Shown in pieces: positions 19,649-30,100 of a stretch of DNA of 64,000 bases; the stretch's first letter is position 1, and each line of letters opens with the position of its first letter. The DNA comes from an uncultured virus (IMG/VR IMGVR_UViG_3300028393_000047). Its lineage: Duplodnaviria; Heunggongvirae; Uroviricota; Caudoviricetes. A program made the translations under genes and the position numbers. The DNA lies in the IMG/VR virus record IMGVR_UViG_3300028393_000047. One strand, 5' to 3'. The notes beneath the pieces were generated by a model. It was not told where the DNA came from. It ran no database searches and saw only the letters and a program-made list of their open reading frames with translations.

Positions 19649-20714
19649 TACGCACTTTGGTGTTAGAAATGACTCCAAAGCGTTTCATGCTTACTATGAA
19701 AAATTTTATGATGAAACATTCTTTCCAAAATTAGAAGAGCATGGCGTAAGAACAATCATTCAACTTGGTGATTTGTTTGACAGACGAAAGTATATTAACT
19801 TTCTTTCGCTGATGGAAAGTCGTAGATACTTTTTTGATAGATGCGTTGAAGAAGGCATTACTGTTCACGCATTGATTGGCAATCACGATATCTTCTGGAA
19901 AGAAAGTTTAGAAGTTAATTCACCAGACTTGTTGTTGAGAGACTATCACAATATTGTTCTATGGCAGAAACCAGGAACACTTGAAGTTGATGGAATCAAA
20001 ATTGATATGATACCATGGATTTGCAAAAGCAATGAAGCAGAAGTTTTTGAGTTTGTAAAGAACACATCTTCTCCATTGTGCATGGGACACTTTGAACTCG
20101 CTGGTTTTCCATTGTTCCGTGGTGTAGATAGCCATGAAGGACTTGACTATAAGTTTCTAAACAATTATAATCATGTATACAGCGGACACTATCATACGCC
20201 ATCACAGCACGACAACATCACATATGTTGGTGCACCATATGAATTGTTTTGGAATGACTACAAAGATAAAAAACAATTTGGCATCTTAGATACTGAAACA
20301 ATGAAGACAACATTCTTAGAGAATCCTCACAGAATGTTTTACAAAGTAAATTATGACGATAACAATAGCACAGACAAATTAAAAATTGAAGACTTAAAGA
20401 AACTTGATTTCAGTAAATATGCAAATGCTTATGTGAAAGTCATTGTTGCTAATAAACAAGACCCATATTTGTTTGAGAAACTTATAGATGAAATTTATAA
20501 AGTTGGTCCAGTTGATGTGACAATTGTTGAAGACTTTACAGAATTGAATGAAGAGACAACTGAAAAAGATATTATTGACCAAGCGCAAGATACTATGACA
20601 ATTCTTTCTACATTCATTGATGCACAAAGCCTAAATATTTCTGATACAAATAAACTTAAAACATTGATGCGTGAACTTTATGTTGAGGCACTATCCACAG
20701 AAAACATTGAATGA
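19626..20714 (+). CDS. gp47: Recombination endonuclease gp47 (Mre11/SbcD-like)
   Basis: GDTHFG, LGDLFD, GNHD, GHFE, SGHYH metallophosphoesterase motifs. Confidence 0.95.
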   Translation: MRICLLGDTHFGVRNDSKAFHAYYEKFYDETFFPKLEEHGVRTIIQLGDLFDRRKYINFLSLMESRRYFFDRCVEEGITVHALIGNHDIFWKESLEVNSPDLLLRDYHNIVLWQKPGTLEVDGIKIDMIPWICKSNEAEVFEFVKNTSSPLCMGHFELAGFPLFRGVDSHEGLDYKFLNNYNHVYSGHYHTPSQHDNITYVGAPYELFWNDYKDKKQFGILDTETMKTTFLENPHRMFYKVNYDDNNSTDKLKIEDLKKLDFSKYANAYVKVIVANKQDPYLFEKLIDEIYKVGPVDVTIVEDFTELNEETTEKDIIDQAQDTMTILSTFIDAQSLNISDTNKLKTLMRELYVEALSTENIE

Positions 20715-22423
20715 TAATTTTTCGTAATTTAAGATGGAAGAACCTTCTATCTACAGGTAACTTTTTTACTGAACTGAACTTAGATAGCAACAATACTACA
20801 TTGATTGTTGGCGCTAATGGTTCAGGTAAGTCTACGATGCTTGACGCATTGTGCTTTGTGCTGTTTGGTAAACCATTTCGCAATATTAACAAAGGGCAAC
20901 TTGTTAATACGATCAATCAAAAAGATTGCGTTGCCGAAATTGAATTTGACACAGGCAACAAGACATACAAAATTGTTCGTGGTATCAAACCAAATATCTT
21001 TGAGATTTATTGTAATGGGCATCTAGTCAATCAAGATGCCGCAGTCAAAGACTATCAGGAACATCTAGAGAAATTCATTCTCAAACTCAACTATAAATCA
21101 TTTACTCAAATCGTTCTATTGGGTTCAGCATCATTTACTCCATTCATGCAATTGTCTGCAAGCGATAGACGTTCTATCATTGAAGACTTGTTAGACATTC
21201 AAATCTTCTCTCGCATGAATAGCGCACTTAAAGATAAGTTTTTGTTGTTGAAAGAAAAACATTCTCAAACAAAATACGCAGTTGATTTGAAGAGTGAAAA
21301 GATACAATATCAAATTCAATTTATTGATTCGTTAAACAAAAGTAATGCCGCACAACTTTCATCTAAGCAACAAGACATTGCTAACACTCAACATTTAGTT
21401 ATAGAGAGTGAAACTAACTGTACAACGTTACGTCAAAGTTTGTCTGATTTGTGTACACAGATTTCAGACAAAGATAAAGTTGATGGAAAGATAACAAAAT
21501 TCTCAGGCATCAAACTCAATCTAGGTAAAACACTTAAGAAAGTTAATACTGACATTTCATTCTATCACGACAACAATGATTGCCCAACATGTAAGCAGAC
21601 AATCGGTGATGAATACAAATCACACATCATTGAAGAGCGATCTAAAAAACTTGAAGAAGTTGATATCGCATTGAAAAAAGTTGATGAAGAGATTGATACA
21701 CTTAATGTTAGATGTGATGAGATTGAAAAGATTGTAGGACAAATTCAAACGTTGAATTCACAATTGACATTTGAACAGAGCGAGATTAAAGCCAATCGTA
21801 GATACATTGAAAGTCTTGAAAAAGAAATTGAACGATTGTCGTTAGTCAAAGATGACCTGCAAACTGAACAAACAAAACTTGAAACATTGAATCAAGAACT
21901 TGCTGAATTGGAATCTGAGATTAAAGTTATTTCTGAAGAACGTTTGTATTATGAGATTGCAACGAACTTATTAAAAGATACCGGTATCAAAACGAAAATT
22001 ATTCGTCAATACATACCAGTCATCAACAAGTTAGTTAACAAGTATCTTGCATCATTAGATTTCTTTGTGAACTTTAATTTAGATGAGTCATTCAAAGAAA
22101 CAATCAAGTCTCGCCATCGTGATGATTTCACATATGCATCATTCAGCGAAGGTGAAAAGCAACGTATTGATATGGCATTGATGTTGACTTGGCGTGCTGT
22201 TGCCAAGTTGAAGAATTCAGCAAGTACAAACATATTGATACTTGACGAAATCTTTGATTCATCATTAGATACAAATGGTACAGAAGATTTGATGAAAATT
22301 CTAAACATGCTTGAAGGATCAAACCTGTTTGTCATATCACACAAAGGTGATATTCTGCAAGACAAGTTTGCCAACGTGATTAGATTTGAAAAAGTAAATA
22401 ATTTCTCAAGGATAACAAAATGA
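20711..22423 (+). CDS. gp46: Recombination ATPase gp46 (Rad50/SbcC-like)
   Basis: GANGSGKS, CPTC hook, SFSEGE signature, LILDE. Confidence 0.96.
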   Translation: MIIFRNLRWKNLLSTGNFFTELNLDSNNTTLIVGANGSGKSTMLDALCFVLFGKPFRNINKGQLVNTINQKDCVAEIEFDTGNKTYKIVRGIKPNIFEIYCNGHLVNQDAAVKDYQEHLEKFILKLNYKSFTQIVLLGSASFTPFMQLSASDRRSIIEDLLDIQIFSRMNSALKDKFLLLKEKHSQTKYAVDLKSEKIQYQIQFIDSLNKSNAAQLSSKQQDIANTQHLVIESETNCTTLRQSLSDLCTQISDKDKVDGKITKFSGIKLNLGKTLKKVNTDISFYHDNNDCPTCKQTIGDEYKSHIIEERSKKLEEVDIALKKVDEEIDTLNVRCDEIEKIVGQIQTLNSQLTFEQSEIKANRRYIESLEKEIERLSLVKDDLQTEQTKLETLNQELAELESEIKVISEERLYYEIATNLLKDTGIKTKIIRQYIPVINKLVNKYLASLDFFVNFNLDESFKETIKSRHRDDFTYASFSEGEKQRIDMALMLTWRAVAKLKNSASTNILILDEIFDSSLDTNGTEDLMKILNMLEGSNLFVISHKGDILQDKFANVIRFEKVNNFSRITK

Positions 22424-22926
22424 TTGAATTGAATTTAGTTTCGGAAACATCACCCGTTCTTTTGCAAGAATGTAAAGAGTTTGATTTTAATAACCCACCA
22501 TTTGATCCAAAAGAGTTTGCACAAGCATTGCATGATAAGATGATTAAGAATGATGGACTTGGATTGTCAGCTAATCAAGTTGGGCAACCATATCGTGTTT
22601 TTGTTATGAGAACTAGTGAGAAACCATATGCAGTATTTAATCCAAAAATAGTTGATGTATCAGATAAAGAACTGACAATGAAAGAAGGATGTTTAAGTTT
22701 TCCTCTATTGTATCTAAACGTTAAACGTCCAGACTCAATACGTATTCGTTTTCAAGATGAGACAGGTGAAACAAGAACTGAAAAGTTTATTGGCATGACT
22801 GCACGAATTGCATTGCACGAATTTGACCATATGCTTGGAAAAGTATATACTCAAAAGGCATCATCATTTGAAACACAACGTGCTATACGCAAACGCATGA
22901 TTTTAAAACGTAAGGTAAAAAAATGA
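22420..22926 (+). CDS. def: Peptide deformylase
   Basis: GLGLSANQVG, EGCLS, HEFDH. Confidence 0.93.
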   Translation: MIELNLVSETSPVLLQECKEFDFNNPPFDPKEFAQALHDKMIKNDGLGLSANQVGQPYRVFVMRTSEKPYAVFNPKIVDVSDKELTMKEGCLSFPLLYLNVKRPDSIRIRFQDETGETRTEKFIGMTARIALHEFDHMLGKVYTQKASSFETQRAIRKRMILKRKVKK

Positions 22927-24035
22927 AACCTTGGCAACATGGATATGACATAGATTATCTCAAAGGGCTTGAGGCACAGTATGCAGACTACAATGCATAT
23001 ACATTATCTCCTTTCGCAAAGTATAAGAAGAACAACATTGCAGAGTCTTTGAAAAAAGGTAATCTTATTTTTAGTGAATTTGGTCTTGAACCTTCAATGT
23101 TTGAAGTTACGAATAGTAAAGTTGCATCAGATATTACAATGCATGGAGACACAGTTATTGCAACAAAAGTAAAAGGTGATGTTTCAATCGGAAAACTTTC
23201 AGGCAATATTAATACGATTAAGCATCAAATTTCTTTATTGTCAGGAAACAATTTTTGGTTAACTGTATGGGCAGAAAACAAAGCACATTGTGACTTAGCT
23301 GAAGAGTTGGGTTTCTGTTATGTTGGTCCTAAGATTACAACATACGGAGAAGTACATGCAATTTACTTTAAGAGTAACAGTCCTATTCCACGTTCATTTC
23401 CTAAAGTTGAATCAACAGAATATCTAAGCATCAAAAAGATTGGTGCAATCACATCAGAATTTATTGAATCTGTTTCTGCTAAGTTAGCAACGTTACCAGC
23501 ATTCACAAATCATTATAGTAACTACAACAAAGATAAAGCATGGTCTGCATTGTCACTACGTGGCTATCGTCCAGAATCAGACTTCATTACAAAGCCTTCA
23601 GAGATGAGTGATGACTGGAAAGAAAAAAACAAAGACATAAAATTTGAATTGCAAGACACACCACTCTATGATATGTTTCCTGAAGTGCGTGAGTTGTTGA
23701 GTAAATATAAACAAGTGCATCGTGTTCGTTTCATGCAATTGAAACCTGGCGGTGGAGAACTTGAACGACATACCGATCAAGTAGATAAAGACTCTGGTGG
23801 TTCTAAAGGCAAACTTGCAAGACTACACATACCAATCATTACTAATCCAAACATGATTTTTACTGTGTGGGATCCAAAAGGCAATCCACAAAAGGTACAT
23901 ATGGATGTTGGAGACTTGTGGTTTCTAGATACACGTAAGCCACATCAAGCTATCAACAATGGAACTGAAAATAGAATTCACTTAGTCATAGATGCAATCT
24001 CGGAAGGAGACCTGTATGAGTCGCTTGTATCCTGA
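22923..24035 (+). CDS. GNAT-like N-domain fused to AspH-family 2OG-Fe(II) oxygenase
   Basis: WLTVWAENKAHCDLAEELGFCYVG resembles GNAT motif B; C-domain has HTD, RLHIPIITN, H(QAIN), RIHLVID. Confidence 0.75.
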   Translation: MKPWQHGYDIDYLKGLEAQYADYNAYTLSPFAKYKKNNIAESLKKGNLIFSEFGLEPSMFEVTNSKVASDITMHGDTVIATKVKGDVSIGKLSGNINTIKHQISLLSGNNFWLTVWAENKAHCDLAEELGFCYVGPKITTYGEVHAIYFKSNSPIPRSFPKVESTEYLSIKKIGAITSEFIESVSAKLATLPAFTNHYSNYNKDKAWSALSLRGYRPESDFITKPSEMSDDWKEKNKDIKFELQDTPLYDMFPEVRELLSKYKQVHRVRFMQLKPGGGELERHTDQVDKDSGGSKGKLARLHIPIITNPNMIFTVWDPKGNPQKVHMDVGDLWFLDTRKPHQAINNGTENRIHLVIDAISEGDLYESLVS

Positions 24036-24780
24036 AGAATCTTATGATATAATACAAGGATGGAAAGACCCAAACCCTGCACCAATAGTTGAAATGCACC
24101 ATGGCTTTCATGTTGTGCGTGATGACTTGTTAGAGTATGGAAGCAAAAGTAGATTCATTGACCATCTTGTGAAAACTACTCAATGTGATGAATGGGTCTT
24201 TGGTGGTGCAAACAAAGTTGGTTGGGGTCCTATATCTTTAACATATGTGTGCAATCTGTATGGAAAAAAAGCAACGTTCTTCATGGCTAAACGCAAAGAG
24301 CCTACATGGCATCAACAAAGAGTGTTGGACCTTGGCGGCACTATTCATTGGGTTGACAATGGTATGCTTACTGTGACAAAAGCAAGAGCAAGACGATATC
24401 AAGAAGAAGATACAAAACGCAGACAATGCTTGCCTTTAGGATTAGAACATCCGTCTGTGCTTGCATCAATTGTTAAAGTCGCAACAGATTTGAAAATTAA
24501 ACCAACAGAGATTTGGACTGTTGCATCAAGTGGAACATTGAATCGTGGATTGCAATTAGCATTTCCTGATGTGCCTGCATATGCAGTAGAGATTGGACAT
24601 AAGATGAGTGACTATGAAAAAGGTCGTGCTATTACTATGCGTTCACCATATAAGTATGACCAAGCAATAGAAGAGGATCAAGCACCTCCATATCCATCTG
24701 AGAAGTACTACGATGCTAAACTTTGGCAGTTCGTAGTGAGTAGTGGGAAACCAGGCGCACTAATCTGGAATGTAGCGTAA
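24016..24780 (+). CDS. Fold-type II PLP enzyme (ACC deaminase/D-cysteine desulfhydrase-like)
   Basis: VRDDLLEYGSKSR (Schiff-base Lys position), VASSGT phosphate loop, YDAK; ATG at 24016 after GGAG. Confidence 0.75.
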   Translation: MSRLYPEESYDIIQGWKDPNPAPIVEMHHGFHVVRDDLLEYGSKSRFIDHLVKTTQCDEWVFGGANKVGWGPISLTYVCNLYGKKATFFMAKRKEPTWHQQRVLDLGGTIHWVDNGMLTVTKARARRYQEEDTKRRQCLPLGLEHPSVLASIVKVATDLKIKPTEIWTVASSGTLNRGLQLAFPDVPAYAVEIGHKMSDYEKGRAITMRSPYKYDQAIEEDQAPPYPSEKYYDAKLWQFVVSSGKPGALIWNVA

Positions 24781-24802
24781 CAAATATTCAAAGGAAACGA
24801 AC

Positions 24803-25057
24803 ATGAGTAACGAAGAAGATAAATTCAAAAAATCTAAACGAATCCTTAAAGACGAAAATGCAATACGAAAACAATTAAAAATTGCTAAAGCATATAATAT
24901 ATCAGTTGAGTCTCCTCATCAATTAGCTAAACATCATGTACTAGATTGCGGAAATCCAAATTGTGTGATGTGTGCAAATCCTAGAAAAGTCTGGAAAGAA
25001 AAAACAATTCAAGAAAGACGTTTTGAACAAACTGAAAAATACGAAGACAATGATTAA
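24803..25057 (+). CDS. Small hypothetical protein with a possible Zn-binding motif
   Basis: HH...CGNPNCVMCANPR. Confidence 0.6.
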   Translation: MSNEEDKFKKSKRILKDENAIRKQLKIAKAYNISVESPHQLAKHHVLDCGNPNCVMCANPRKVWKEKTIQERRFEQTEKYEDND

Positions 25058-25514
25058 AGAAAAATATCTAGGCGCATACATGAAGACTGCAAAAGTCTTT
25101 GCCGAATTGAGTAGCGCAAAAAGAAAACATGTTGGTGCTGTCATTGTAAAAGATGACAGGATCATTTCAATCGGCTACAATGGTATGCCAAGCGGATGGG
25201 ATAATAATTGTGAGGACATGTTTATTACCCAAGAAGAAATTTCTCCTGGTGTTTTTTCTTTGACAAAAAAAACAGAACTCAAAACAAAATCCGAAGTTCT
25301 CCATGCAGAGTCTAACGCAATCGCAAAACTTGCTAAGTCTACCGAGAGTGGTGATGGTGCAAGTATGTTTATCACTTGCGCCCCATGCATGGACTGTGCT
25401 AAAATGATATTTCAAAGCGGAATTAAAGAAGTCTTCTATGGTGAAGATTATCGTGATGACACAGGAATCAGTTTCCTAAATAAATGCGGAATAACAGTAA
25501 AACAAATAATATGA
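25050..25514 (+). CDS. cd: dCMP deaminase
   Basis: VGAVIV, GYNG, HAESNA, PCMDC. Confidence 0.92.
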   Translation: MIKEKYLGAYMKTAKVFAELSSAKRKHVGAVIVKDDRIISIGYNGMPSGWDNNCEDMFITQEEISPGVFSLTKKTELKTKSEVLHAESNAIAKLAKSTESGDGASMFITCAPCMDCAKMIFQSGIKEVFYGEDYRDDTGISFLNKCGITVKQII

Positions 25515-27085
25515 CAAAACATTTTTATGAACGTAACGATTGGTTATTGAACCACGAAACAAACAAGACATTTGAAGAAGTGCAATGGATGACTGAAGAC
25601 GAATTTCGTCAATGGTTCATTGATTTGCGTAAAGCAGTTGTACACTCATGGGACACTATGGGTCAACCCCCTAGAGTTGGTTGGGATGAAGGTGCGATCA
25701 AAAAACAATTCAAAGAGATGTATGGATTCTCTGTGCATGAATTTGAACATGTTGATGAATTGACTGGTGAAAAAGATGTAATCAGAAATACTAGCGTAGT
25801 CGGCAATGCGGCTAATCAATGGTTCCCAACCATGATGAAAACACGCATTAACTACTCTAAGAATGACGATGGGCTTTCAATCTATGACCACTTTCTAAAA
25901 GATGAATTACTTGAGAAGACATTGAAGTATTCCAAACGACACTTCAAGCGTGATTCATTCTATGCATATTCAAATACAGTTAAAGTCAATGAGATTATTT
26001 CTGTTGGTTCTTATAATGTAAAATTTAAGAATGGCAATGACTTTGTTCGTTGGTTTGAAGACAATAACATTCGTCAATATGGTTATGACTATTGGGTAGA
26101 GAGTCGTGATGATGACGAAGAGTATAGTGGTTACAATGAACAACTCAAAGGCGTAAAGTATCTTGAAGTGACGCAAGATATTCTAGAGACAATTCCAACT
26201 AAGTCTACAATGAACATAAAGTCACATGACCAAAAGAAGTATCGTCTGCGTATGTACAAGTATGGACAAAAGATTTTTCCTGTCGGCTTGAAAGCATTCC
26301 GAGTATCGTGGTGCCAATATGCTGTTAACTTTCCACCATTGACTGCAAAACTTCTTTATGAAAAATTTACTAGACACGTTAAGAACCAAGATAGAATTGT
26401 TGTTTACGATCCCTCTTCTGGTTGGGGTGGGCGTATCTTGGGTGCTATGGCTTCTCGCACTTCTATTCCTTTACACTATGTGGGTACTGATCCTAATACC
26501 GATCACACTATTGGTGGGGATGGCGTCACTCCTAGTACTAAATATGCCGATTTGGCTGAGTTCTATAACTCCGCAAAGAACGAAGGAGTTTTGTTCGAAC
26601 AGTCCAATACTTATGAAATTTTTCAACTTGGTTCTGAAGTTGTCCGAGATGATAGTTCGTTCCAAAAGTACAAGGGCGAATTAGACATGGTGTTCACTAG
26701 CCCTCCTTACTTTGCTAAGGAAGCGTATAGCGAAGACCCAACGCAATCGTATAAAAAGTTTACTGGCTATGATGCATGGCGTGAAGGTTTCTTGCGACCA
26801 ACGTTAGAAACTGCTGTTGAGTATTTGCGTAATGACAGATACTTACTTTGGAATATTGCTGACGCTAAATTTGGTGCTGACATGTTGCCACTTGAAAAAG
26901 ATAGCAAAGACATTTTGGAATCACTCGGTATGCAATTCAAAGGTGTAGTCAAAATGGCACTAGCACAAATGCCAGGTGGCAATCGTATTGATCCTGACAC
27001 TGGTTTGCCGAAAGCAAAGAATTTTTGCAAGGTGAACGGGATGTGGTTGAAGTATGAACCGATTTTTGTTTTTTACAAGCCGTAA
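25511..27085 (+). CDS. Large SAM-dependent amino-(N4C/N6A)-methyltransferase-fold protein
   Basis: YDPSSGWGGR (motif I-like), GTDPN, FTSPPYF (motif IV); about 290-aa N-terminal region of unknown function. Confidence 0.75.
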   Translation: MTKHFYERNDWLLNHETNKTFEEVQWMTEDEFRQWFIDLRKAVVHSWDTMGQPPRVGWDEGAIKKQFKEMYGFSVHEFEHVDELTGEKDVIRNTSVVGNAANQWFPTMMKTRINYSKNDDGLSIYDHFLKDELLEKTLKYSKRHFKRDSFYAYSNTVKVNEIISVGSYNVKFKNGNDFVRWFEDNNIRQYGYDYWVESRDDDEEYSGYNEQLKGVKYLEVTQDILETIPTKSTMNIKSHDQKKYRLRMYKYGQKIFPVGLKAFRVSWCQYAVNFPPLTAKLLYEKFTRHVKNQDRIVVYDPSSGWGGRILGAMASRTSIPLHYVGTDPNTDHTIGGDGVTPSTKYADLAEFYNSAKNEGVLFEQSNTYEIFQLGSEVVRDDSSFQKYKGELDMVFTSPPYFAKEAYSEDPTQSYKKFTGYDAWREGFLRPTLETAVEYLRNDRYLLWNIADAKFGADMLPLEKDSKDILESLGMQFKGVVKMALAQMPGGNRIDPDTGLPKAKNFCKVNGMWLKYEPIFVFYKP

Positions 27086-27097
27086 CTTGTTGATTCT

Positions 27098-27140
27098 AAA
27101 GGGTTTTTTCCTGTTCTTTTAAGGAAAAGCCCTTTATTTT
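27098..27140 (+). terminator. Probable terminator after the MTase-fold gene
   Basis: AAAGGGTTTTTTCCT...AGGAAAAGCCCTTT imperfect stem followed by ATTTT. Confidence 0.55.
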
Positions 27141-27183
27141 ACACAAATGTGTTGTTTTAGTGCTACACTACGTAAAATAGTTG

Positions 27184-27211
27184 TTGACTTCTGTTCCTAC
27201 TGTGCTATACT
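27184..27211 (+). promoter_or_regulatory. Sigma70-like early promoter
   Basis: TTGACT-16 nt-TATACT with TGn. Confidence 0.65.
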
Positions 27212-27242
27212 CTATATATAGATTGAGATTACAGAGGAATTT

Positions 27243-27845
27243 ATGTCACACATTGAACACCCTTGCGCTTATAATGCCGCCATCAAGCGGAACATCATAA
27301 ACAATGCCACCAAAACGTTCTATAAAACGTATTCCGATGCTGGCGATATCGTCCAGTTCCTTATTTCTAATTCTGAGAAGAATTCGTTCTACTCAAACCT
27401 TCTTGGTTCGTTGAACAGTTATGGCAAGTTGACAGAAAAACAAGTCCTTGCTGTACGTAAGTCTATCGCAACCTTTGCCGAACGCAAAGCACAATGGACT
27501 GCACAAGCGGCTACCAAAAACGCAACCCGTACATTCATTGGCACCGAAAAGAAAAAGATTACTGTTACTCTAACAGTTAAAAAAGCAATTGTAGTTGACC
27601 GCCCCAAATTCTACTGGGCTGATTCTGGCAGAAGTCTTCTCCGTATCTGTGAAGATACCGATGGCAATGTACTTGTCTTCAGCGGCAATGCAGATTTCCC
27701 TGCCGAAGGTGAAACTGCAACAATTACCGCTACTGTAAAAATGCACCGCTACTATAAACAAAACGACATTGAAGTTCCACAGACAGTTATCATCCGTCCA
27801 AAGATTGTTGCAATAATACAACAACCTGTGGCAGAAACAGCTTGA
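27243..27845 (+). CDS. Hypothetical early protein, probable C-terminal OB fold
   Basis: GAGG RBS; GKLTEKQ helical part and beta-rich C-domain ending QTVIIRPK. Confidence 0.6.
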   Translation: MSHIEHPCAYNAAIKRNIINNATKTFYKTYSDAGDIVQFLISNSEKNSFYSNLLGSLNSYGKLTEKQVLAVRKSIATFAERKAQWTAQAATKNATRTFIGTEKKKITVTLTVKKAIVVDRPKFYWADSGRSLLRICEDTDGNVLVFSGNADFPAEGETATITATVKMHRYYKQNDIEVPQTVIIRPKIVAIIQQPVAETA

Positions 27846-27870
27846 CATTTCAATCCACTTGAGTTAAGAT
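27842..27870 (+). promoter_or_regulatory. Sigma70-like promoter
   Basis: TTGACA-17 nt-TAAGAT, ending 6 nt before the ATG. Confidence 0.65.
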
Positions 27871-27876
27871 ACATAC

Positions 27877-30069
27877 ATGCTTAATACACAACTTTCAAAA
27901 TCCACTCTAGCAAAGTTACTTGCTACAGAAAATATTTCGGTAGAATATCGCAAGGTGCAAACTGCATCATTTGATATCGTCAATCGCCGTCTTACTCTTC
28001 CCATTATGAACGACACCACACCTGAAATGACAGACCTTTTGGTCGGGCATGAAGTGGGTCACGCATTAGACACACCACAATCATATGTTGATGCCGCTAA
28101 GGCTGGTGGTTCTGCATTTTCTACATTCTTGAATGTGATTGAAGATGCACGTATTGAACGTAGAATGAAAGACAGATATCCAGGTTTGCGTAAACCAATG
28201 GCTATTGCTTATCGTCAATTTACTGAACGTGACTTCTTTGGCATCAAAGGTCAAGATGTAAACGCAATGATGTTGATTGATAGAATCAATTTACATTTTA
28301 AACTTGGTGCTATTGCAGGCATTAAATTCAATGCTGAAGAAATGCTGTATGTTAAAGAAGTTGAAACGGCAGATTCGTTTGAGCAAGTGAAAGATATCAC
28401 CGAACGTTTGTATGAATTTTGCAAAGCAGAGTTAGAACAAAAACGTCAAGAGGCTAAAGAAGAATTTCAAAAACGCAAAGAAAATGGCGAATTTGATGAT
28501 GAAGAGTTTGATACTGAAGATGGCTTTGGTGATGATACCGAAGACTATGAAGACAAAAATCCAAACAGTTCTGGCTCCGATGACGGTGAAGATGATGACG
28601 ATTATGAATCCGAAGACCGCTTTGACAATGGGTATTCTAACGAACCCACGTTTGAAAATACTATGCCTAATGAGTTAAAGGTGTATGGTGATGAAGTTAA
28701 ATCTGTAACAGATGAAAAATTTCAACAAGCATTGAAAGGTCTTGCAGAAACAAAAGAAATTTATGTTGGCAAGATTGCAAGTCAAAAGAAAATTGATTTG
28801 AAAAATTATATTGTTCCTTTTAAAGAATTGAAGTTCTTTGAAGATAACTTTTACGATGATCCTGAGTTGGAAGTGCATGAGCGTTATGATGCTACTCTAT
28901 TGACTAAATTTGAATCCAAGAATAAGAATGCTATTGCATATCTTATAAAAGAATTTGAAATGAAAAAGAAAGCGGCTGAGTTGCGCCGTGTAACAGTCTC
29001 CGATACTGGTACACTTGACACTAACAAATTGCATACTTACAAATTCAATGACGATATCTTCCGTAAGATTGGTGCCGTTGCTGATGGTAAGAATCATGGT
29101 ATTGTAATGTTCATTGATTGGTCTGGTTCAATGGCTGACAATATGTCTGGTACGATTGAACAGTTAATTACAATGTCAACGTTCTGCCGCAAAGTGAATA
29201 TTCCGTTTGATGTTTATGCTTTCAGTACTCAGTATCCAAAGAAACTAAAAGATATGCCAGTTGATTCTCCTGTAGATATTGAAGAAAATCAATTAGACAT
29301 TGACTATTTTTCTTTGTTGAACATTTTGTCCAGCAGTATGAAAAACCAAACATATCGTAAATTTGCAAATGATTTGTTGCAAGTGGCTGAGGCATATCAA
29401 CCTTATGTACAGCACCGCAGAAATTACAAGTCCAATTATATCCGTAATGATATGGGTCTTGGTGGCACTCCGTTGAATGCGACAATTCAAGTAGCATCTA
29501 ATGTTGTGAATGATTTCCGTAAACGTACTCGCTCTGAAATTGTGAATGTTATCTTTTTGACAGACGGAGAAGACAGTACTACATTGTGGACTTCATCCGC
29601 CGATTGCCGTGGTACTAGAATCGGACCTTCTGACTTCCGTTCAGTATCTTATGTTGAAGATAAAGATTCTGCAAAAACTTATCGTGTGAGTGACAAAGGT
29701 GTGACGCCAACGTTATTGCAAATTCTAAAAGATCGTACTGGTTGCAATTTGATTGGATTCTACATCCTGCCAAAAAGCAAACGTTATTTTCAAAATGCAA
29801 TGTCACGTTTCAACATGATAATGACGGATGATGGATACAAGCAATTCCGTAACGAAAAGTTTTTCTCTGTCAACGGATATGGATACTCTGAGTACTTCTT
29901 AATCCCTGGTGGTAATGATTTGACTACCGATGATGATTCGTTAGATGATATTCTTGGTGATACCAAAGATGTTTCTGCACGTAAGTTGAAAGGTGCATTC
30001 TTAAAGATGAACCAAAACCGTTTGACTAATCGTGTTCTTCTCTCTAAGGTAATCAAGGAAATTGCTTGA
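27877..30069 (+). CDS. Metallopeptidase-like plus VWA protein (phage CobT-like)
   Basis: HEVGH, NVIEDARIE, acidic linker, MIDAS DWSGS, TPLN, LTDGE. Confidence 0.85.
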   Translation: MLNTQLSKSTLAKLLATENISVEYRKVQTASFDIVNRRLTLPIMNDTTPEMTDLLVGHEVGHALDTPQSYVDAAKAGGSAFSTFLNVIEDARIERRMKDRYPGLRKPMAIAYRQFTERDFFGIKGQDVNAMMLIDRINLHFKLGAIAGIKFNAEEMLYVKEVETADSFEQVKDITERLYEFCKAELEQKRQEAKEEFQKRKENGEFDDEEFDTEDGFGDDTEDYEDKNPNSSGSDDGEDDDDYESEDRFDNGYSNEPTFENTMPNELKVYGDEVKSVTDEKFQQALKGLAETKEIYVGKIASQKKIDLKNYIVPFKELKFFEDNFYDDPELEVHERYDATLLTKFESKNKNAIAYLIKEFEMKKKAAELRRVTVSDTGTLDTNKLHTYKFNDDIFRKIGAVADGKNHGIVMFIDWSGSMADNMSGTIEQLITMSTFCRKVNIPFDVYAFSTQYPKKLKDMPVDSPVDIEENQLDIDYFSLLNILSSSMKNQTYRKFANDLLQVAEAYQPYVQHRRNYKSNYIRNDMGLGGTPLNATIQVASNVVNDFRKRTRSEIVNVIFLTDGEDSTTLWTSSADCRGTRIGPSDFRSVSYVEDKDSAKTYRVSDKGVTPTLLQILKDRTGCNLIGFYILPKSKRYFQNAMSRFNMIMTDDGYKQFRNEKFFSVNGYGYSEYFLIPGGNDLTTDDDSLDDILGDTKDVSARKLKGAFLKMNQNRLTNRVLLSKVIKEIA

Positions 30070-30100
30070 TGTTGTATAAAAACAACAGTCAAAGTAACCC

